In this document: in pieces, positions 42,693 to 54,051 of the stretch
Layout of the letters: every line of letters begins with the position of its first letter
Numbering within the stretch: the first letter of the stretch is position 1
Source: Lama guanicoe
Lineage: Eukaryota
Assembly: GCA_013239625.1 (NCBI GenBank)
Contig: MU056946.1
Coordinates: 2,728,001 to 2,792,000, forward strand
DNA: 64,000 bases
Reading direction: 5' to 3'
Translations under genes and position numbers: made by a program
The notes under the pieces: generated by a model
Told to the model about the DNA's origin: nothing
What the model saw: only the letters and a program-made list of their open reading frames with translations
Database searches by the model: none

Positions 42693-45600
42693 GGATACAA
42701 AGCCACAAATTCTGATGCCCATGTGAGTCTTTAAATACATACACTCGAGTACATTCGGCAAAGGGCATCTATGGGTGATGTGGAGCAAAGTGCTGGGATG
42801 GTGATGCCTGGGTGGGGCCGAAAAGTGGGGCCAGGGAAGGCCCCCTGGGGGCTGGAGGTACAGGCACCACTTCAGAAACAAAACCAAGAAATGCTCTCCA
42901 CCCCTCTGCCTGATGTGCTTGGGGTGAGGGAAGACCCAGTCACAGCTCAGGCCCATTGCAGCCTGGCTGTGCGGGGAAGGCAGGGCCTGGGGGCCAGTTG
43001 GAGGTCCCTGCCAGTAGGCCTCACTAGAAGAGCCGGGCCTACTGGTGCCAGCCACGCAGCAAGCCTGCCCCTGAATACAAGACCTCTGGCAGGGCAGGGC
43101 CAAGCCTGGGGCCATGCCAGCGGTGGCAGGTGAGGCTTGGACTCGTGGCGGGGAAGCCTGCCTGATTGTCAGGGCAGTCTTGGGACTGGCCAGGGTCCCA
43201 AGGGGTTGGGGTAGGCCTAGGAGCTGGTTGCTTTAGTTGGCCCTGGTATTCTGATCTTCACTCAATCCTAAACCTTATCCTCAGGCAAGGCTGTAGATGA
43301 ACACACTTGTCTGGGAATAAATACATACACACAATACACAGCAATATATACAGATAAGCGGGCCTGGGACAAGGCTGGGTGAGAAAGCATGGCCACCAGG
43401 GGTAAAGAGAGAAGTGCCGGGCCCCTGGGGAAGGGAAGTTAGACTCATCAGGGACCAACAGGCTGGGACAGATCCCACTGGTATGAGTTAACTCCTCTGG
43501 GCACTTGGGCCCTGCACCCACTCTCCTGTCTCCTGTCTTCACCCAAAGTCCACCAGGAACTGGATCTTTGGCACCAATAATCACTCTGGAAAGGTCTTCA
43601 ACTTAGCGCCTAAGAGGGACTGGGGCCTGGGCAGCTCCCCACCTGCAGCCCAGAGGACCAGAGATCAGGACCTGGGGACAGGCAGGACCCAAAGGCAAGG
43701 GACACAGTCAAACCTCAGAGCAGCAGGCCTTGGGAAGGAGGTGGCTTGTTTTTTTCTTTTTTTTTCTTTTCTCCCCCAGCAGTTCTTAAGGGGCTGGCTC
43801 AAACTCCACTTTCATGGGACTAGGAAAGCATGCTGCCTGGGTCCTGGGGTGGCCAGTGAAAGCCATGGTTCTGGGCAGCCCACTCCCTTTCCTTTAGAGA
43901 CCCAGATACAGCATCTCCTTTGTTGTCTGTCAGGGCTGTGGGGAGGCAGCCTGAAGAAAGCATGGTGACACACTCAAGCCAAATCTGCCAAGTTTCCCAG
44001 GACTGGGCTGGGCCGTATGGCAGGGAGAGGTGGTAGGGACAGCAAGTGGCCACCAGCCGTGGGACCTCTCCACACGCTGGGACCCCAGAGCAGGGCCCAC
44101 TTTGGTTTGCTCTCTGATACTCCTCTCTGCAGCTCATCAGGTGTGAGATGTGGAGGAGGGCTCTCCTTGGGCAAGTGAAGAATGAGGTGCCTTGTGGGGT
44201 GGCCAGGCCCTCTGTCCCTGTTCCCATCCTTAGCCCTTGCTGTATGGTTGCCAAAGAAGTGACCCATGGAGCATCCAAGCAAACAAAAGCTCCTCACTCA
44301 GCAGCAGGGCTTATGCCCCTGAGGAGAGGCAAAAATACTATCGAGCTGGTGGGGGGCTAGGGGGAGCCTGCAAACCTGCCAGTTTGCAGGACAGACATGA
44401 AGGCCAGGGCGCACAAGTCTGTCAGCCCCAGGTGCGCAGTAGGACACACTGTGACCCATCACTGCCACTGGCAGGGGCTTGGGCCTGTGCGACGTGCCCG
44501 CCCACACGGCCCTCCCACACTCAGCTGGAAAATACAGGTGGGTTCCCTGGAAACAGCCAAACTCGTGAGAGGCAAACCTCCAGTCAGAGGAGAGGGGAGT
44601 CTTGCTCACCGCTGCCTCCCGTGGGGTGGTGCTCAGCACCACTGCACGGTGAACGAACAAGAAGAAGCCTGGGACAAAGGTCAGACCTTTCAGCACCACC
44701 CTTCTCCCACTTGAGCTCGCTGCCTGTGCACCCTGAGCTTTCCCAGAACTGACCCAGTTCCAGTGGGCACCTTCCCGGGGAGAAAATGCCCAAAGCCTTG
44801 TCTTCAGGGATGGAGGCTTCCTGGGGCAGAAAAAAAGTCCCTTAGTAGGACAGGCTCAGGCCAAGCAAGCCTCCCCTTGTGCTTTGTCCAGGAGACAGGG
44901 AGGGCAGCCCCTCTGGTCCTGGGGTCGCAGGGAGCAGGGGCTGTGGAGGGTGCAGCTGGCAAAGCAAGACAGACACACCCAGGGCAGCCAGGCCGAATGG
45001 ACCTCCACCTCCCTTCCAGGCCCCGGAGCACAGGAGAGTCGTGCTTCTCCTTCGTGACTCCTGGGGACAGGGCTGGAAAGGTAGGAGCCAATGGAAGCAG
45101 CTGCTCTTGGGGTGGCGATGCCACACAGCCAAGGCTCCATGCAGGGCTGGACAGGGAGTTGCCAACATGACACCCTTGATATCTGGGGTCTTCAAAGGGC
45201 AGGGCCAGAATAAGCCACAGGAGGAAAAGTCATCAACAGTGGGAAGCGCCAGGGCTCAGCTGGGTGGGGAGCCGGGGAAGCTGAGTGCACTGCTGGGCCT
45301 GTGCCCGCCCAGCTCTGGAGGCCTCGTCACAGGGTAACCAGGGTGGACCTTGATGTCTGTGCCAAGGTGCGGCAGAAAGCTGCATCCCTGGAAAGGACTG
45401 AGAAACTAGTGGGGCCCAGCCGTAAGCCAGGACTAGTGGCCTAATGATTAGGACTGAGAGCCCGTCCTGTAACTGGAGAGAAGGAAACCCTAAGATGGAT
45501 CTAGATTCGTGTTTGAAAGAACTTTCCAAATGAACGTTGGCAGGATTCACAGCCTGTGTGCCGCTGTGGGAGTCCTAAGAGGAGGAACTGGGGAGCCCTG

Positions 45601-46866
45601 AGTCTTTAGAGCCGTAGTGCCAGGACCTGGTCCTTGGGGAACCATGCAAGGTTGGACTCTAAGCCAGTGATTCTGACTCAGGTGCCAGCACTGCCCCCGG
45701 CAGAAGACCCCCACAACACAGCCCTCAGCCCGTGGGGCCAGCAGAGACTGAGGAGGGGGGCAAGTCCAATGTGGAGGCTCCTCCTCGTTCTCAGCCGCAT
45801 GGGTCTGGCTCCCTACCAAGGCCACATTTTCAAGCAAGCTAGCCAGACAAAGAAGCAAAACAAACCACCCTCCTCCTGGCCTCCTCCAGGCCCCAGCACA
45901 CAGGGCAGCCCACTGACTCCCTCCCACATCGCCTTAGGGACCCAAAGGCCATCAGACTCCTAAGCGAGCACCTGGATTAGAAGCAGGAACTGCGTCTCAC
46001 TGCTGACAGCGTTTCCCAGAGCTAGGACCTCACCCCTCCAGAGGCTCAGGGTTGGTGGAAGGTATAGAAACATGCACCTTTTAGCTCTGAATTTAGTTCT
46101 GGTGTGTCGTGGGGTAGTGGTGACCGCCAGGGGTCTTGTCTTTTCTACAGCAATAAAAACTCTTCAGTTTTCTCTACCTGGCAATGTCTCCCCTTGGGAG
46201 GGGTGGTCTCGATACCCTGAATGTTTTGCCCTTCCAAGCCCGCCTCCCACTACCTGCCTGCACCTTCACCTCCCACCTTCGGCCAACCACATTCCCAGAT
46301 CCCTAGGCCTGTCTGTGTTTTCCCTGGAGCGTGTGGACCCAGAGCCCCGGCGGAAGGCGGTGCCCCACGCAGGGCTGGGACAGGGCAGGGCGAAGAGAAG
46401 AGCCCTCCTTGCCAAGTCTGAGCTGCCTTGTGGAGCCCGCTCTGGCTGGGCGCCTAGCAGAGGCTCCTGACCCGGAGGCTGGGCCTCGGAAAGGGGAGGC
46501 CTGCCCCAGGAGCCCGAGCAGCCGAGGAGCCACTGGCGGTTATTGCAGACCCTCAGGGCAGTGACACCAAGTGCTGGTGGTGACTCAGCTCTTCGCTGCC
46601 TGTGCCCAGAGGGCTGCTCCAACTAGGGGTGGGGTGGGAGTCGGGGCCAGCTTCTGTCCGAACCCCTGCCCCGGAGAGGCAGTGCTCAGGGTCAGGCCTG
46701 TTGCTCCACAGTCCCAGCAGAAGGACAAAAGACTGGCAACGCCTCCCTGGAAGCCAGGGATAACACTAGGCCTCCAAAGGTCTAATCCAAATCAGGGGCC
46801 CTCTGGAGGTCCAAAGAGGGTGCCCTGGTGTGGGGCTGGCAGGGGCCCTGCAGCCCCCAACTCGGG

Positions 46867-49800
46867 TTAGCAGCCACCTTCCACCTTGATGTGCAGGATC
46901 TTAGAGAAGCCGGGCCTCCGTCGCAGGGCCTGCAGACCAAACCTGCGTTAGTTCCCCTCAGGGCCAGACAGGGGGGGCCCTCCCTTCAAACACCCAGGTC
47001 TCCAGCCCTAGCCTACAGATGTCACCTGGGGTCCTGGGTGGCCTCAGAGCCAACTGCTCACCTGGAGTTTTGTCACCATGTCCTCAAACAGCTTCTGGGC
47101 CTCAGGACTGCTGGGCTCTTTGAAATAGTCAGCAATCCCGATCTGGACCACAATGGACTTGAGGTTCCGGCAAATGCCTGAGAAAAGGTAGGTAAGGTGG
47201 GGACCACGTCTGGCCTGGGCTTGCCTGGGACAGTGGGGCTGTCTCCTCTCCTCTAGGCTAGTTAACACAATCAGAACCTCTGAGAGACGGTCACGTGCCA
47301 GGCACCGGGAGTAGACCCAGGCTCAGCTGGGCAAGGGGAGAAGGTGGAGGGTGAGGCCAAAGAGCACGGGCTGCGGTGGACTCTGGCAGGACAAGTGGAC
47401 AACAGCCAGCTGTACACAGGCTCTAGCAACTTCCCTGGCAGAGGGGACAGCTGTATTATGGCCTGGGCATTTGGAAACGAACCACAAGGACCGAGGGGCT
47501 GAGGTGAGGCTGATCGGTCTCAGCTGGAACGTGGATGAGGGGAGGAAGGGAGCAAATAAGTTGGCAGCAGAGGGCTTAAGGGACTGGATGTTGCCATGAC
47601 GTTGGGGGATAAGGATCAAGAAGGTCAAGAGGCCAAGAGGATTCTAGAGGTTAGGATTTTGGAGGCTAAGCAGTTAGTTCCGGTGGTCAGTCCTGGGCAG
47701 GGCGGGGAGGCTGAAAGGAGCAGGAAGAAGAGGAGCCTGGGAACAACAAAAAGGTCAAGGAACCTCTAGTGCTGGACATGGGGCTCTGCCGGGGACCAAA
47801 TGGCCCTGGATGATGGTCTCACTCAGGCGTGTGCAGCACAAGCTGCGCACCTGTGTCCTTAGTGAAGGTGGAAGAATGACCGGGAGGGGAATAGGGGGCT
47901 GGGGGGAGGCCGGGGCCAGAGGACGATGCTGAAGTCTTCACCCTGAGAACTGTCATGGGGGGCGGGGGGCTCATACACATTATCTCATTTAATCCTCCCA
48001 CCCATTCTAGAAAGTCAGCTTAGAAGATGGAGATCCAGGATTCAAGAGGAGGATAGTGACTTGCTCAAAGTCACACAGCTAAGAAGCAGTGGAGCCAGAA
48101 TTGAGACCTAGGTCAGTCCAACTCTGGAACCCGACTGTTCTCCTGCCGCACCCCTGGCTGGAGGCTCACGTCGGGGTGGATGGTAGACGGTGCTGCGGAG
48201 CTCACGTCTCCATCGTGGACCAAGCACAAGGCAATGACTGTTGAACTGAACCATTTGGATCAGATGCTGGCAAGGGTTTGAATGCCACACTGGCCTCGGA
48301 AGGCACTGGTAGTAAAGCCAGGACTAGAACCCTGGTCAGTCTGACTCCAGTACTGGTGTCTGCTGACCAGGAGCGACAGGGAGTCAGTTATGCTACTTGC
48401 TGACAAGCATGATAAGAGAAGACGGGCCTACCCTACCCTGCATCCCCATCACTCACTGTTGAAATGCAGCAGGGCCTTGGGGGTGACGGGGGTGGCCGTG
48501 AGCACCAACATCTCCAGTCCCTTCAGGCCTTCCCGGCAGACCTCAGCCGCCACCTCCTGGGTGATCTCCGACACGTGGTCCAGCTCCAGGACCTGCAGCC
48601 GCATGCAGTTTCTCGCTAGGAAGACAGAAGGGGGAGGGGTCCTGCTGACAAGCACCCCAGGTCACCCCTGCCCAGTGCTGTGGTGCTCCTGCCACCCCCG
48701 AGGCTGCAGCCCCGAGCCCCCCTGGGATTTCAGTGTTGCACCCATGCCTGCTTCCCAGCAGCCCCTACCCAGTCCCGAGGAAAGACTCACCGAGTGATGC
48801 CAGGCCCTGCACCCCACAGCCGGCACCGCCAACCCCCAGGGCCCGGAGGTGGGGCCAACAGCGACCAATCATCTGTAGGCAGCGGTTACTGAAGCGCGTG
48901 GGCTGCTGGCTGGAGAGAGGTGGAGGGAGGGGGTCAGGGAAGCCTCTGGCTGCCCGATACCCACACCTGCTCCTCTTTCAGGTCCTGCCATCCAAGGCCA
49001 GGCCCCACCAACCACCAAACCATTCAAGCCAGAAACTTGGGATCCTCCATGCCTCCTCTTCCCTCACCTCCCACCAAGACCTGCAGATTCTGATTCCCGA
49101 ATAACTCTTCAACCCACAGTTCAGACCACCATTGATATTCATCTGGTCATATTAGCCTCCCTGCCCTGCCATCCTCCACACTGCTGACAGCGAGCCACTC
49201 AGTCCCACAGCCTCTCACTCAGTCATTCAACAAATGCTTCTCAAGTGTCCACTACTGCCAAGAACAACCGAGCTCAGCCTTGAGGACACAGTGGCGACAA
49301 TATAGACATCATCTCTGCCCCCAAGAGGTGGACAGTTCTGGGAAGAAGGGGGCAGAACATTATCAGTCTGATAGAATTCTGTTTTTTAAGACCTAAAATC
49401 CCCCAATGGCTTCCCAGTGCTTCCTAGATAAAATGCAAAAATGTCAATCCCTTAGACAAGGCTTTCCAAACTTGGTCCATCCTTCTCCACACTCATTGTC
49501 CTCTGGGTCCTGCCCACCACTCACACCAAACTTGCTGTTTCCCTGAACACTTCATCACTCAACAGTCGCCCAGGCAGCAGACGTCTCCTGGGTGTCTGCC
49601 ATGTGCTCGGTATCGGGGATACAGAAACGGACATTCACAGCCTCTGCCCTGAGAAACGTGAGTCTAGTGCAGACTGAAATATATGAGAACTCATTGTAAA
49701 ACGGAGGGGCCAGGACAAGGTGCCACCGGAATGGAAGCAGGGGAGCAGGGACAAATTCTACCAGAGTGTTAGTGAAGGGACACTGGGTGACCTGGGAGGA

Positions 49801-52800
49801 GGTGTCATATCCACGGGGGGCTTGGCTGGCAGGCACAGGGAGTGCAAAAGCCTGGTATGTGTGAGGAACTCCAAGTACAGCAATGGATGATCTCACACCC
49901 TGGATTCTCTGATAGCCACTCGGTTGTGTATTATACACTGACCTCCCTGAACTGCCTTTCACGTGCCGAACAAACCTGGCTACTTCAGCCAGCGTTTATG
50001 AACACTCACGTGGGCTCTGCAGCCTTTATGCACACATCTCACTAGAGCCAGTGACAGTCCTAATACGACAGACCCTAACATCACCTTCACTTCACAGGTG
50101 AGGAACTAAGGCACGACTGGGTTTCCCAAAGTCACACTGCTAGCAAGCCAGGACGTGATCCTGAAGTCTGATTCAGAAGCCCTGCTCCTGTCGCCTAAAG
50201 ACACAGACTGATGAACCTGTCACCCCAAACAGCTCATGGAAAGGGCCCAGATCTGCTCAGTCCTCAGCCCCACACCAGGCCCAACCCTGCCCCTCCCCAC
50301 CCCTGCCAGGGCTCACCAGGGGTGAAGTGGCGCCACCTGGAGGGAGACAATCTCTCTGCAGCCTGCGCCCAGGGCCCAAATGACCTCATGGCCCACCGGG
50401 TCTGTGGCACTTCTGTTGAAAAGATAAAGCTGGCCATTGTGGTGGCCTCTGCACCCTTCCCCTGGGCCACAGAGCTCTTGGGTCCCTTTGCCCGAGAGCC
50501 CTGGGGGGAGGGTATGCAGAGCCCAGGGATCCCTTGGGCCCGAGGCCTTGCTTCCGGTGGTGTGGACACACCTGTAGGTGACGGCCTGCAGCGCGCGGCA
50601 GTAGCAGCTGGCCAGCCAGAGCGAACGGTCGGTGAGGATGTTGGGACAGTGGGAGATGCGCAGGATCAGCAGATTCCCCCCTGCCGCCTTCAGCAGAGAC
50701 TCCAGCCCTGCTTCCAGGCAGCCCCTGGGGATGGCCAAGAGGTCAGGGAGCTGCTCGTGGCCACCTCCTCGTCTGGGAAGCCTCCTCATGTAGTCCTGGG
50801 TCTGGGACCCAGGAGCGCCCCCCCCCCCCCCCCCCCCCGCCCACCTTCTTGCCCCGCTGTCGGGGCTTCAGGTTCTGCAGGGTCAGCGAGTGGGCCTGGG
50901 TGCACCACTGAGCCAGCATTGCCAGGAACTGCAGAGAGAGGGGGGTTACCTGGGGATGAGGAGGTCTGAGTTTAGTTGGCTGGAGGTGGACCAACCCCAG
51001 GATAGAAGTCCCCATGAGATCATTTTGGGGACTCAGGCTGGAGCTGGGGTGTTATAAGGGTTGCAAGGACCAGAATTTGTGGGGATAAGAATCTGCCAGG
51101 AAAAGGCAGGTTCACAGCAAGGGTGACTCCGAGGGCAGGCGCGGCCGGCAGGGACAGGCACCTTGGAACAGACCCGGGCATTCTCCAGCAGCACCCGTGT
51201 CCAGACGGCAGGGTGGCGGGCCACGAAGCGCCAGTCCCGGCAGACCTCGGCGGCATGCAGCAGTGTGCGTGTGTCCAGGTAGGTGAAGATGCAGAACAGG
51301 GCGGCTCGCATCTTGAGGATCTCCGGGCTGATGACCTCATTGGAGCGTGAGGGGCTGCCCCTCTCAGCTCGCCGACCCCGCCCACTGCCGCCCTCGGGTC
51401 GGGCTATACAATACCAGAGGGTCAAAGGTGAATGTGGAGGGTCAAAGGCCAGGATGGGGATGCAGGTGGGAGGGTAGGAACTGCAGAGGAAGGGGCATGA
51501 GAGACCCATGCTGGGGGACCAGCAACTTGGGAGGAGGGACATAAGGTCTCTGCTTCTCCCTCCCCTGTGTCATTTCCATCCCTAATTTCGCAGGTTAGGA
51601 AAACGTGGCCCTTCCTTAAGTGAACTTTCTAAGATTATATATCAGCACATAGTCCAAAGTCACCCTAGATGAGGCAACTAACTGGGTCAAGATTGAAGAA
51701 GGACGGGGTTTGGAAGGCTAGGGTACAGATGGATAGAAACCATGCCTCTATGAACGGAAGGCAGGTGAGAGGCTGCCCAGAGCAGTCCCCAGGGCACAGC
51801 CACATACCAGGACCTGAAGTCTCTAGCCTCCTGACCCTGACCCTGACCCTGACCCACCCACATATGCACATGGCCCTGTGTGTATATGGAGGGGGCCTTC
51901 CCCACTGGCCCTGGGCTTCTGTCTGAACACTCAACTCCCTTCCCATAAATGTCATGTGAATGGGCTGCCTTAGCTGTGGCATCTTTGTGCAATATCCAAT
52001 CTGAGTGTCCCTGTGCGACAGCACTGCCCTGTCACAGCAGCTCGCAGGGCCCTGTGTAGGAGGGAGTTTGTCATTCTCACTGTGGGAAGTCTGGGGCAAG
52101 TGGACAGGAGGTGTGGGAGCCCAGGAGATTTACTGCCTCAGCCCTGTGTCCCATGAGAGGGCCCAGCACCATAGACAGACTGGCTTCTCAGTCCCCCCAC
52201 CCAGGACTCACCTGAGAGCCTGCAGCTGCTCAATGGCCCAGCTGCAGAAGGCCCAGGGCGGGGGACTTCTGAGGGGCCTTCGGCCTCTGACTCCGTGGTC
52301 CGGGAGCCCACGTCCGAGACGTCACCCTCTTCCCCCTCGGTGCTGTGTCGGCGAGGTCTGCGCTGCCAATTCTGGATGGCCTGGCGCCGCAGGCCTGAGC
52401 TGCGAGGGGGCTGGGCTCGCTCTGAGCCACCATTAGCAGCCTGGACCCTTGTGCCCAAACCCCCGGGGCCACTGTCCTCAGGGGCCCCCTCTTCTGGCCG
52501 GGGCAGCTCCAGACTGTCACTGTCATAGCAGCCCGAGCTCTGGGATGCAGCTGGGATGCGGCTGGAGGCCCTGAGGTGGGGTGGACCAGATGGTGAGGAG
52601 CAAGGGGCACCAGGCCAGCCCGAACTCCCCGTACCACCCGTACCACTGGCCAAGGGCAACTCCCACACCCTACTTTCCAAGAATCCGCTCTGAGTGTGGT
52701 AAAGCAGACAGACGTGCCCCAGGAAGGATAGTAGGAGGAGGAGAAGCCAAGCCATCCAGCCGGCCAGTGGCTCTTTCCAGGGGGAGGGTGGGCTGTGTGG

Positions 52801-54020
52801 GGCGGACTGGTCCCGAGGCTTACCCGGTGCTGGGAGAGGAGCCATGCCGTGACACCGCATATGTGCTGGGCATGGCTGGGCCTGCGTGGTGTTCTCGCTG
52901 TGGGCCCCCAGAGTGGGCCGGAAAAGCAGGGGGTAGAGGAGGCCAGAAGATGAGAAGGAGCAGGAGAAACAGGGCACAAGATGGAGAGAAGAGAGCGGGG
53001 AGAGGAGAGAGAAGGAAACAAGTTGGGAAAGATGGACAAGTGGACAGACAGCCGGCCCAGAGAGACAGGATCACCAGCCCCTTCCCCCCACCCACCAAGC
53101 ACCCCAGGCTCTCATGTGGCTCCAGGGCTCATTTGCAGGGAGTGGCAGAAGTGAGGACAGGGGTTGCTGGGTCCTATCTCCCTCCAGCCTCCGGGCTGGC
53201 ACTTGTGCCGTGAAAGGGGCTCCCCTGTCCCTGGACCCCTGCTTCAGGCCTGGGGTCTGCTCATGGGGAAGAGCCAAGAAAGGGGAGCCTGGAGCATTAC
53301 AGGGGGGCATCAGGCCGCGTGTGAGGCGGGGTTGCAGGGCTCAGGCGTGCAGGTGGAGGACGGCAGGCAGGTGGACACTCACCGTTCTGCCTGGGCCGCC
53401 CCGGGCCCCGGGCCCCGCGGCACCTGCCCCCGCTCCTCGGCCCAGGCTGGCGCTGGGCGTGCTGCCGCAGCTGCTGCTGATGACCTGCAGCTGCCGCTCG
53501 GCGCGGTCCGCCCGCTCCAGGAGCTCCTCGATGAACTGCTGCAGCCGCAGCTTGGCGCTGGCCTCCCGCGCCGCCGTCTCCTTCAGGAACTGGTCGATCT
53601 GCACCACCTCCCTGGGCCCGGAGCAGTCTCTTACCCCCGGGACCTTGGCCTGGCTGCCCACCCACCCTCTGGAGGAGACCCTGACTGGCAGGGAGAGACA
53701 TGGGCACAGGGTCTGCTCATGGTCACATGGGTATACGTAGAACACTCCCAGGAACACTGCCCACACCACGGCACACACAGAAATGCGCGTATCTGATCAC
53801 TCAGCCCCCACCAGCCCAGCTGCAAACACACAAGCAGACACCCCTGCCTGCTCCCCACAGAAATACTCATAGGCATACTCAGTCACACACAGCCACCCTC
53901 TCGCCCTAGAAACACTCACAGGCACACACTTACAGTCCACATAGCCCAGAACCCAGCCCCACACACTCATGGACATGTACTCATATCAAGTGCATTCACT
54001 GGCACAGTCAACACATTGAA

Positions 54021-54051
<31 letters not shown>

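Noticed and set aside
43316-46157. Plus-strand AATAAA at ~43316 and ~46152 as distal CCT7 poly(A) sites overlapping the FBXO41 UTR
   Set aside because: Hexamers alone are expected by chance, and the proximal signal at 41178 suffices.
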